A stretch of 61,227 nucleotides of DNA, counting the filler. It is 7 parts of 7 records of this genome, joined end to end, with 100 filler letters (N's around TTAATTAATTAA, not from the genome) between each part and the next. Parts side by side here need not be neighbours in the genome. Positions count along the whole stretch, not along the records: positions 1 to 8,513 come from SRR31147125_47801; 6 more parts are not named here. One strand, given 5' to 3'. The translations under genes and the position numbers were made by a program. Positions 1 through 8,613 of this stretch are shown here, piece after piece (position 1 is the stretch's first letter; each line of letters starts with the position of its first letter). The notes beneath the pieces were generated by a model. That model made no database searches, was not told the origin of the DNA, and worked only from the letters and a program-made list of their open reading frames with translations.

Positions 1-2
1 CC

Positions 3-122
3 CTCAACCGCATGCTGGCCGAAATTCAACAGCCTGGCCCTTCTTTCCGGGACGTTGTCGGCGGCATCGGCTATATTTTTGGTCTGATGGGCGTTGCTGC
101 CTGGTTCCGATACCGCAAATAG
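3..122 (+). CDS. 3' end of a CbiL/NikL-like accessory membrane component of a Co/Ni ECF transporter (partial)
   Basis: Hand translation LNRMLAEIQQPGPSFRDVVGGIGYIFGLMGVAAWFRYRK*; the GGIGYIFGL transmembrane tail is typical of CbiL/NikL; lies directly upstream of cbiQ-cbiO. Confidence 0.65.
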   Translation, partial: LNRMLAEIQQPGPSFRDVVGGIGYIFGLMGVAAWFRYRK

Positions 123-138
123 CACACCTAGAGCACGC

Positions 139-900
139 ATGATTAACGAACCTTTTACCCCTATAGATTCGCCCCTTTCCCGCATCGATCCACGCCTGAA
201 AATCGTTTACATCCTGCTATTTTCATTTATCGTGGCCCTGGCCAATGAGTGGGCGGCCCTCTTCTCCGCCCTTGCCGTTTCCACTCTGACCATTTTTCTG
301 GCCCGTTTGGAATTTTCAAAGGTTTTGAAACGACTTTTCCTCGCTTTTAGCTTCATCCTGTTTCTATGGGCGGTCCTGCCTTTCACCGTCGCCGGAGAAC
401 CCCTCTATCAACTGGGTCCGTTGACGCTAACCCAAGCCGGTGTTTTTCTTGCCGCCCGTATTTCACTTAAATCCACGGCTATTCTTCTGGCTTTTCTGGC
501 TCTCCTGGGCAGTTCTTCCATAGCCGTAATCGGACATGCCCTGCAACACCTCGGCATCCCGGAAAAGCTGGTCTATCTTTTTCTCTTCTGCTATCGTTAC
601 ATCTTTGTTATCGAACAGGAATATCGACGTCTCGAAAAAGCAGCCAGACTCCGTTCTTTCCAACCAAGGACCAACCTCCACACCTACCGGACTTACGCTT
701 ACCTGGTCGGGATGCTTTTTCTGCGCTCCTCGCTGCGTGCCGACCAGGTTCATAAGGCGATGATCTGCAGGGGATTTCACGGCCGCTTTTACTGTCTGGA
801 AAAAATGACTTTTCGCGGTCAGGACAGATGGTGGGCTGTTGCAATGTCCATCATACTTTTCATGGTGATAACACTCGAATGGCAAAAACTTCTATTATAA
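139..900 (+). CDS. cbiQ: Cobalt/nickel ECF transporter T component CbiQ
   Basis: IDPRLK N-terminus, hydrophobic helices, YRYIFVIEQE and RA..V..AM.CRGF motifs; ATG at 139 preferred to the ORF-track start at 94. Confidence 0.9.
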   Translation: MINEPFTPIDSPLSRIDPRLKIVYILLFSFIVALANEWAALFSALAVSTLTIFLARLEFSKVLKRLFLAFSFILFLWAVLPFTVAGEPLYQLGPLTLTQAGVFLAARISLKSTAILLAFLALLGSSSIAVIGHALQHLGIPEKLVYLFLFCYRYIFVIEQEYRRLEKAARLRSFQPRTNLHTYRTYAYLVGMLFLRSSLRADQVHKAMICRGFHGRFYCLEKMTFRGQDRWWAVAMSIILFMVITLEWQKLLL

Positions 901-1604
901 AACTGAACAACATTTCCTTTTCCTATTCTGACGGAAACCTGATCCTGAAAGACCTCAATTTTGAGCTCTTCAAGGGGGATCGGGTCGGCCTGAGCGGGCC
1001 GAACGGGTCGGGCAAAACCACCCTCTTCCACCTCATGGTCGGACTGTTGAAACCCGACACGGGAACGGTGAAGGCCTTTGGACAACCTCTGGAAAAAGAA
1101 AAGGATTTTATTCCCGTCCGTCAGAAAATCGGACTTTTGTTCCAGGATGCCGATGACCAGCTTTTCTGCCCAACGGTCCTGGAAGATGTGGCATTCGGCC
1201 CCCTCAATCTCGGCCGTTCTGCGGAAGAGGCTAAGGAAACCGCCTGGCGCACCTTAGCGCTGCTCGGTCTGGATGGGTTTGAACAACGCCTGACCCACCG
1301 CCTCTCCGGTGGAGAAAAAAAACTGGTTTCTCTCGCCACCCTCCTGGCCATGGAACCTGAAGTCCTGCTCCTGGACGAACCGACCAATGGACTAGACGAA
1401 AAAACCAAAGCCAATTTTCTTGAAATCCTCAACAGCCTTGAGCTTTCCTACATTGTCATTTCCCACGAATTCGACTTTCTCGCCCAATCGGCACGTTCCA
1501 TTTTTGCCCTCATCAATGGCCGTATCCACACGGATCAGGAAGTCACCGTTCATCAGCATACACATGCCCACGTCCATGGCTCTTTTCCCCATGAGCATGA
1601 ATGA
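879..1604 (+). CDS. cbiO: ECF transporter ATPase CbiO with His-rich C-terminal tail
   Basis: Walker A GPNGSGKT, FQDADDQLF, LSGGEKK, LLLDEPT; overlaps cbiQ end; ends HQHTHAHVHGSFPHEHE. Confidence 0.9.
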   Translation: MAKTSIIKLNNISFSYSDGNLILKDLNFELFKGDRVGLSGPNGSGKTTLFHLMVGLLKPDTGTVKAFGQPLEKEKDFIPVRQKIGLLFQDADDQLFCPTVLEDVAFGPLNLGRSAEEAKETAWRTLALLGLDGFEQRLTHRLSGGEKKLVSLATLLAMEPEVLLLDEPTNGLDEKTKANFLEILNSLELSYIVISHEFDFLAQSARSIFALINGRIHTDQEVTVHQHTHAHVHGSFPHEHE

Positions 1605-1677
1605 ATTCTTTTTCAACTTTTAGCAGGGTGTTTAAAAAACGTCGTCAAGACGAAGCGTTTCAGTTATACTCCCTGCC

Positions 1678-2586
1678 ATGAAAAAATTGTTTATTGTATT
1701 TTTGTTGAGCATCACCACGCTCTTACCCGCCGTTGCATTCTCCTGGTACCCACGTCAGAAAGAAGACTCAGTCATTGAGGCGGACAATCTCGCGCCTATT
1801 ATGGGGCGCAATATGCCCTACGTCATCGGTAAGGATGACACCCTGGTGGAACTGGCCTATCGAACCGGTCTCGGCTATGTTTCACTGACTCGGGCCAATC
1901 CGGATGTTGACCCCTGGCTTCCTCCCAATGGGAAAACCATCATCCTCCCTTACACGGCTATTCTTCCTCAAAAGCCGAAGCCAGGCATTGTCATAAATCT
2001 TGCCGAGTTTCGCCTTTATTATTTCTGGAAAGAAAGTGGCTATCTTCGGGGCAGGATATACCCTATCGGCATCGGCCAGGAGGGCTGGGATACGCCCCTG
2101 GGGAATTTCCACCTCCGCTCCAAAGCCAAGGACCCGGTGTGGGTGGTGCCGAAATCAATACAGAAGGAACGTCCCGGCCAACCGACCATGGTTCCACCGG
2201 GTCCGGATAATCCTCTCGGCGGATACTGGCTCGGCCTCTCGGCCCGTGGTTATGGTATTCACGGCACGAAAAAACCGCTGGGAGTCGGCCGCAAAGTCAG
2301 TCACGGCTGCATTCGTCTCTATCCCAAGGATATCAAGGATCTTTTCGACAGAGTCGCAACAAAAACGCCGGTAACCATTATCTATCAGCCGGTTAAAGTC
2401 GGCGTCCGGGACAATAAGCTATGGGTGGAAATTCACCCCAATGAGAGGAATGAAACCGCAAGCGTTGCGAATGAGATATTAAAATACAAGGCGCTTCTGG
2501 AATGGGAAGGAAAGATAATCTGGCCTCGGGTCTGGAAGGAAATCGAGCGCCAGTCAGGTGTGCCTTTGGTCATATCAGAGCGATAA
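1678..2586 (+). CDS. L,D-transpeptidase (ErfK/YbiS/YcfS/YnhG family) with signal peptide and LysM-like domain
   Basis: Signal peptide, ANPDVDPWLP, INLAEFRLY, PPGPDNPLG and catalytic IHGT...VSHGCIRL. Confidence 0.92.
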   Translation: MKKLFIVFLLSITTLLPAVAFSWYPRQKEDSVIEADNLAPIMGRNMPYVIGKDDTLVELAYRTGLGYVSLTRANPDVDPWLPPNGKTIILPYTAILPQKPKPGIVINLAEFRLYYFWKESGYLRGRIYPIGIGQEGWDTPLGNFHLRSKAKDPVWVVPKSIQKERPGQPTMVPPGPDNPLGGYWLGLSARGYGIHGTKKPLGVGRKVSHGCIRLYPKDIKDLFDRVATKTPVTIIYQPVKVGVRDNKLWVEIHPNERNETASVANEILKYKALLEWEGKIIWPRVWKEIERQSGVPLVISER

Positions 2587-2608
2587 AAAACATCAAAAAA
2601 TCAGGCCC

Positions 2609-2644
2609 AAAAAACAAACCCCACCTCTAAAAGGTGGGGTTTGT
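2609..2644 (-). terminator. Rho-independent terminator between convergent genes
   Basis: Perfect 13-bp stem ACAAACCCCACCT (2614-2626)/AGGTGGGGTTTGT (2632-2644) with a T-run following on the minus strand. Confidence 0.8.
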
Positions 2645-2678
2645 CGATAAATATGAGCCCCCTTTGGGGCTTTGTTCA

Positions 2679-2966
2679 TTACTTCTTGAGGCCGGCTTCA
2701 AAAGTCTTTTTGGAAAGATCGGCATTCATCTGTGCCTGAGCGGCCGCTTCTTCAGCCTGCATAGCACTGGCCTCAGCTCTCTGCAGAGCCTCCATAACCT
2801 TTTGCGCGGATGCTTCAGCACTCTCGGCAGCTTCGCTTGCCTGCTCGCTGGCGGCGATAGCTTCATCAAGCTTGGCCCGATCGGCAGTAGAAAGAGTTGC
2901 CGTACAACCTCCGAGAAGAAGAAGTGCTAAACCTGCGCCCCCAACAGCGAGTTTCCAATTACGCAT
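2679..2966 (-). CDS. Lpp/OprI-like alanine-zipper outer-membrane lipoprotein (95 aa)
   Basis: AGGAGGT SD before ATG 2966; lipobox LGGC; Ala/Glu-rich coiled coil; C-terminal GLKK. Confidence 0.85.
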   Translation of the reverse strand: MRNWKLAVGGAGLALLLLGGCTATLSTADRAKLDEAIAASEQASEAAESAEASAQKVMEALQRAEASAMQAEEAAAQAQMNADLSKKTFEAGLKK

Positions 2967-3211
2967 AACAAATACCTCCTTTTGATTTAGATCCCGATTG
3001 AGCTGATTATTTTGGATCCGATCCAAAAAACCAACGGTTTTTTCTAGCTTAATCCTAGCATTGAAATGCAAATGGTCAAGGATGTCCGCCATGAATCCTT
3101 CTAACCACAAGAAACTTTTAATTATAAACTGCAATTATAATTAAAAGTTTCTTGCATTGGAAGAAAAAAGCACTTTTGGGTGATTTTTTTCTCATACTAA
3201 AGACGGAAACC

Positions 3212-3813
3212 CTACTTTTCTGAAGTGTCCTCAAAAAAAACAAGCATTTTGCGAAGAGCCTGACCTCGGTGGCTGATGCGATTCTTGACCTCAGTAGGTA
3301 ATTCCGCGAGGGTTTTTCCATACTCCAGAACCAGGAAAACCGGGTCATAGCCAAACCCACCTTCACCGCGCATATTTTCAAGGATAACCCCTTCGAGTCG
3401 ACCGGTAAAGAATCGACAGGATCCTTCGGGTTGGCAAAGCGCCATAACACAACAGAAAGCCCCCGGCGCTTTTCCGCAGGAAGTCCTGTCAACATTTCCA
3501 GAAGTTTGCTGGTATTTTTTTCGTCGGTTGTCTTTTCCCCGGCAAAGCGTGCGGATTTGACTCCCGGCATGCCGCCAAGCGCTTCCACTTCCAACCCCGA
3601 ATCGTCCGCCAGAGTCAAGCGGCCGGTAAAGGAAGCAATGGTCCGCGCCTTTTTCAAGGCATTGGCTTCAAAAGTCTCCCCGTCTTCTTCAACCTCCGGA
3701 AGGTCAGGGAAGTCCCGCACACTGAGAACACGGACGCCGTGATCATCCAGTAATGCCTCAATTTCCTTAAGCTTCCCCATATTCCGTGTCGCGACGACCA
3801 GTTCTCTCATCAT
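3212..3813 (-). CDS. rdgB: Non-canonical purine NTP pyrophosphatase RdgB/HAM1 (one frameshift at C-run ~3460-3464)
   Basis: [21 protein letters not shown] in the first frame; GFGYDPVF and KNRISHRG in the second; one extra G restores the frame; overlaps rph stop. Confidence 0.9.
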
Positions 3814-4535
3814 CTTTCCAGAGCCTGTTTTTGAAGTCGGATCAGTGTTGAGCACCCTTCCAGAGCAAGGTTTCGCAAGCCTTCAAATTCCTCTGAGGTG
3901 AAAGGCTCGGATTCAGCCGTCCCCTGGATCTCCACAAAACGACCGGACTCGGTAACCACGAAGTTCATGTCGACCGAGGCAGCTGAATCTTCCTCATAAT
4001 TGAGATCGAGGAGGCCGTCCCCATTGACAATACCGACGCTGATCGCGGAAACCCATTCCTTCATGGGGATCGTTGTCAGAACCTGTTGCTCCAGCAACCT
4101 CTCCAGTGCAACCCTCAAAGCAAGACAGGCACCGGTAATCGAAGCGGTCCTCGTGCCGCCATCCGCCTGCAGGACATCACAGTCAACGACGACAGTTCTT
4201 TCACCCAAGGCCTGCAGATCAACCACCGCCCGCAAAGAGCGCCCGATAAGACGCTGAATCTCATGGGTTCTCCCGCCCAGACGCCCCCGGGCCGCTTCGC
4301 GCGGCGAACGGCTCTGAGTGGCACGGGGGAGCATGGAATATTCCGCCGTTATCCACCCACGCCCTTCCCCACGCATGAACGGAGGCACCGAATCCTCCAC
4401 TGAAGCATTGCAGAGAACCACGGTTTCACCAAAAGAGACAAGTACCGAGCCCTCGGCATAACGGTTGTAACCTGTTTCAAAACGGATAGGGCGAAGATTC
4501 CCAGACCCGCGCCCATCCTGCCGCAACCTTGTCAC
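3810..4535 (-). CDS. rph: Ribonuclease PH
   Basis: [47 protein letters not shown]; classic rph-rdgB pair. Confidence 0.97.
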   Translation of the reverse strand: MTRLRQDGRGSGNLRPIRFETGYNRYAEGSVLVSFGETVVLCNASVEDSVPPFMRGEGRGWITAEYSMLPRATQSRSPREAARGRLGGRTHEIQRLIGRSLRAVVDLQALGERTVVVDCDVLQADGGTRTASITGACLALRVALERLLEQQVLTTIPMKEWVSAISVGIVNGDGLLDLNYEEDSAASVDMNFVVTESGRFVEIQGTAESEPFTSEEFEGLRNLALEGCSTLIRLQKQALER

Positions 4536-5611
4536 TGTATAGTCTCCTTCTGGGAATCGGAAAATTCTCGGACCGCATTATATAGAACGTTGGCCAGGTT
4601 TTTCTGGTAGCCTGGATCGATGAGACGGGCCTTCTCCTCAGGATTACTGAGATAACCCAGTTCCACCATAACCGTTGGCAGGTCACCCCGCCCGAGAGGC
4701 AGGAGCTGAGCCGTTCGAATCCCGTTGACCACAAATCCCGCCTGTTTCAACATATCGGCCAAATAATCGGCCAGTAAACGACTCCCCATGTCATTGTGGC
4801 CGCCATTCTCTTTTTCAAAACCGTTTTCCGGTCTGATATAAAGGGTAATTCCTTTCGCTTCCGGCCCGAAAGCCGACTGAGCGTGCAAAAGAACCAGCGC
4901 ATCGACCTCTACTGCGTTGGCTACCTGAAGCCGCTTTTCCAAATTCAGAGAATAATCCTTGTCCCGAGTCAGAAAGACAGGAATACCGAGACGCATTTTG
5001 ACGTTTTTAGCAAACAGATGAGCAATATCCAGAACCACATCCTTTTCTTTGATACCGTCCAGACCGACGCTTCCGGGATCGGTCCCGCCGTGTCCGGGGT
5101 CAATAGCCAGGCCGCGCAGACCGGAACCGGGCTGTATTTCCTTCTTGCGCAGTAAAAAAGCGAAAAGCCGATCCAGAGAAGTCTCTTTTCGGGTCGGAGC
5201 TGCAAAGTTGGGGTCCAGGTTTCGGAAATTAACGGCGATTCCAAGCAGGGAAGGCAACTGTTCATAGAGAAAGTCTTCCGCCACCCGCAATTTTCCATCA
5301 ATGAAGAGCGGAGGGTGGGGCAGCGGGACAAAACGGGACCTCAGACGTAGGTAACGGCAACCGGGAAAGATGACAGCTTTTCCCTGGTGCGTGTCAATGC
5401 TGTAAATATGCTCCACAGAGTTCCAACGGCCACGCATACCAAGGGCCGGAAGAGCATCATCCAGTGCCAGATAGGCCATCCCCCCCTGGTTATAGACTTC
5501 CTGTATGCGCACAGGTGCTCGACCGCTCAGGGAGAGTTCGACCGACGCCTCAAGACAATAAGGTAAAAACAGCAAAAAGCATAAACAGAGGAGGGTTATG
5601 GTTCGAGCCAT
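4532..5611 (-). CDS. N-acetylmuramoyl-L-alanine amidase (Amidase_3) with N-terminal periplasmic domain
   Basis: Signal peptide; IDPGHGG, KEKD, LHA and VELGYLSN zinc/catalytic motifs. Confidence 0.88.
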   Translation of the reverse strand: MARTITLLCLCFLLFLPYCLEASVELSLSGRAPVRIQEVYNQGGMAYLALDDALPALGMRGRWNSVEHIYSIDTHQGKAVIFPGCRYLRLRSRFVPLPHPPLFIDGKLRVAEDFLYEQLPSLLGIAVNFRNLDPNFAAPTRKETSLDRLFAFLLRKKEIQPGSGLRGLAIDPGHGGTDPGSVGLDGIKEKDVVLDIAHLFAKNVKMRLGIPVFLTRDKDYSLNLEKRLQVANAVEVDALVLLHAQSAFGPEAKGITLYIRPENGFEKENGGHNDMGSRLLADYLADMLKQAGFVVNGIRTAQLLPLGRGDLPTVMVELGYLSNPEEKARLIDPGYQKNLANVLYNAVREFSDSQKETIQ

Positions 5612-5735
5612 GAACAGTCCACCAGTGACAGAGAATTGGGTTACGGTGCCCTTAAAGTAGGTTGGGTCAGAACTTCAAACTATTACATTTGCCTGGACAT
5701 TTCAAGAGAGTCGATAAAATTTGTTCGCTGGAATT

Positions 5736-6769
5736 TCAGGAGGGGAGTAATTTCTGACCGTGTTGCTTGATTCCCAGAAGGGCGAGCAAGCGATCGGTCA
5801 AGGTGGCCTGTAACTTTCGCTGGGCGGATAGATCGCTGTCCATGGGAGAAATCTGTCCTCCGGCCATCATCCCATGCCCCCCGGATGTGCCGAGGTCTTT
5901 CATCAGTTCCCGGATCAATTGACCGGCACCCCCTTCCCTGCTCAACGTCCGCAAAGAAACAACCTCTTTTTCGCAGTACAGACCCATTCCAAGGACAAGG
6001 GACACCCCCTCCATACGCAGCAGAAAATCGGCCATTTCAGCAACCATGTCCGGATTGTTGATGGTGAACAGGTTAAAGACCAGCAGGTCGTCGTATGTCC
6101 AGGCATTTTCCAGGGCTTTATTAAAAGAGAAAAAATAGCTTCGCGGAACTTTGGGATGGGTGATCTCAAAGAGGATGTTGTTGTTGACCATAGGAAAAAG
6201 GGTCAGGTAAGCTTCACGGTCGGCGGGACACCATTCCCTCCCGAGTTCCTGGGTTTCCGATTTAATGGCATAGTAAATAATAGTGGCCAGCCGGGTCCCG
6301 AAAGAAACATTCTGGGCCATCAGGTATTCGAAAAGGATGGTAGCGGAACTTCCGTAATCCTCCCGGATATCAATCCAGCGGCTGGCTTTGGTCTGCTCGC
6401 GGATCGGATGGTGGTCAATTACCACATCGGCCTTAACATCCTCCCCCAGAGAGTTGTTCCCGGTGCCGGGTTGGGTATCGACCAGGCAGACGACGTTAAA
6501 TTCCTTGGGGTTGACACTTTCGATATGAACGGCATCAATGTCCAGCTTTTGGACCATGACCCTGTTTTCGCCCCTCCCGATGATACCGCCGTAAGCGAGG
6601 ACACACTGGTTTCCGGCCAAAACGACGATAAAATGCTTCAGGGCCATGGCAGCGGCCAACGAATCCGGATCGGGATTGTCATGGGCCAGAATCAGCACTT
6701 TCCCCGGCCCCGCAACCATTCCACCAACTTTCCCGAATTTTCTAGTGATTTTTCGAGGTCCAGGGCCAT
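5736..6769 (-). CDS. DHH/DHHA1 family phosphoesterase (NrnA-like); frameshift near 6700
   Basis: HDNPDPD, VDTQP, IDHH and GGH motifs; ATG 6769 gives MALDLEKSLENSGKLVEWLRGRGK, which joins VLILAHDNPDPD with one added base. Confidence 0.82.
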
Positions 6770-6794
6770 GCCTTTTTCTTTCAGTTAAATACCT

Positions 6795-7283
6795 TCAGAC
6801 GATGCGCGCAAAGACCTCCGAAATCGCCTTCTCCGGGGTATTCACATAGACCACGCCTTCAATATCCGGCCAGGAATCGATAGCAATAACAGGCCGGCCC
6901 AGCTTAAGTGCAACCGCTATCTCCGACAGCGTACCATATTCCCCTTCAATGGCAATCAGCGCCTGTGCCGAATGGACAATGATGATATTGCGGGCATGCC
7001 CCATATTGGTGGGAATAGCAAGGCTGACAAACGGATTGGCATCACTTGCTTCAGCGCCGGGCAAAATCCCGATCGCTTCACCACCATGATCGCGGCAACC
7101 GCGGCATGCGCCTTCCATGATCCCGCTAAGACCACCGCAAACCAGAACGGCTCTCCTCTGTGCAATAAGCCGGCCGACATCCTCCGCTTTGCGATAGCCG
7201 GCCGGAGTGGCATGCGCGGCACCAATCACACCGACTACCGGTTTTCTTCTCAATAGGATTTCGGACGGTTTATCAGGTGACAT
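6795..7283 (-). CDS. TIGR00725 family (LOG/SLOG-like Rossmann nucleotide-binding) protein
   Basis: VGVIG, VCGGLSGIME, TNMGHARN, GEYGTLSEIA motifs. Confidence 0.85.
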   Translation of the reverse strand: MSPDKPSEILLRRKPVVGVIGAAHATPAGYRKAEDVGRLIAQRRAVLVCGGLSGIMEGACRGCRDHGGEAIGILPGAEASDANPFVSLAIPTNMGHARNIIIVHSAQALIAIEGEYGTLSEIAVALKLGRPVIAIDSWPDIEGVVYVNTPEKAISEVFARIV

Positions 7284-8513
7284 TTCTTACCCGAATCAAC
7301 TGGAGGAAATTCGGATTCTGGCGGATATCGTCAAAAGCAGGATCTTCCCAAGCCTGGTCAAGAAATTGCTGGTCCCGTGAAGACGCCTCCGACAAGGCCT
7401 TGACGGCATCTTTGGCATTGCCCTGAAGGGCCAGAACAGTAGCACGGCCGTAATGGGCAAGAGGCAGGTCGCCGACTTTCTTCAGGATCTTATCGAAACA
7501 GGCCAGCGCGTCTTCCAACTTTCTCAACTCTTTGAGAACATTGCCTTTGATATTTAACGTCTGAATGGAGTCGGGATTGCGCACCAGACTCTCGTCGAGA
7601 GCCTTCAAAGCCTCTAACAATTTGCCCGATTCAAGAAAGACAATCCCGCGATAAAATGAGGTGTCATGTCGCCCGGGATTGACCTCTTCAGCCTTATCCA
7701 GGAGTTCGAGTAAAGATTCATGTGGGCCGCGGTCAATCATCAAACGGATATTGTCGAACACGGCATCCACCAGGCTCGGCCCGAATTCAATCGATTGAGC
7801 AAAACTCTTTTCAGCCTCGTCGAAATGACCCAGCCGCAACAAAGAAAGACCGAGGTTGAAATGATAGGTCCCATCCTGGGGAGAAAGCTCAACCGCTTTT
7901 TCAAAACAGGCCAGAGCTTCACGGTTGCGCTCCATTGCTGAGAGGACGTACCCCAGCCCATTATGGCTTGCCGGATCATTGGGCTGAAATTCGAGGGCTT
8001 GACGAAAGCTGGCCAGGGCCGCTGTATAATTTCCCAGACGATGAAACAAATAGCCGCGTTGGAAAAAATTCTCCGGGCTTTCAGGAAGCCGGCGCAAGGC
8101 ATTTTCATAGTAGCCGCTGGCCTCTTTTTCACGTTTCAGAAGATCGAGCACATTACCGATATGGATAAACGATTCGGGAAAATCAGGCTGCAATTTTGTA
8201 CAGCGGATAAAATGCTCGACAGCTTTTTCAAAAGCCCCGGTTCTTTCCAGAAGAACGCCGAAGTTGTGATGCGTCCCCCCGTTTTCGGGATCGAGCATCA
8301 AAGCCTTTTGAAACAGGGCAGCGGCCATGGGGATATCATCCAGATTGAATGCGGAAACAGCAGCCAGGTTTATGGCATCCAGATCCATGGAATAGGTTTC
8401 AAGGCATTCTTGTGCGAGATCCAGAGCCTCCTGGAATTTACCGCGGTGAAGGGCCAGATGAGCATTACGCAACTTCTCAACTTTTTCTTCCGGTCCATTT
8501 TCTTCAAGAAAAA
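7273..8513 (-). CDS. Tetratricopeptide-repeat protein (5' partial)
   Basis: Tandem 34-aa TPR-like repeats, C-terminal DPAFDDIR cap; frame stays open to the contig edge. Confidence 0.85.
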
Positions 8514-8613
8514 NNNNNNNNNNNNNNNNNNNNNNNNNNNNNNNNNNNNNNNNNNNNTTAATTAATTAANNNNNNNNNNNNNNNNNNNNNNNNNNNNNNN
8601 NNNNNNNNNNNNN
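8514..8613. other. Artificial contig spacer
   Basis: 44 N + TTAATTAATTAA (stops in all six frames) + 44 N. Confidence 0.98.

Noticed and set aside
1609-1640. TTTTTCAAC...AGCAGGGTGTTTAAAAAA as a MITE/IS end remnant
   Set aside because: Too short and degenerate, with no second copy or transposase in the window
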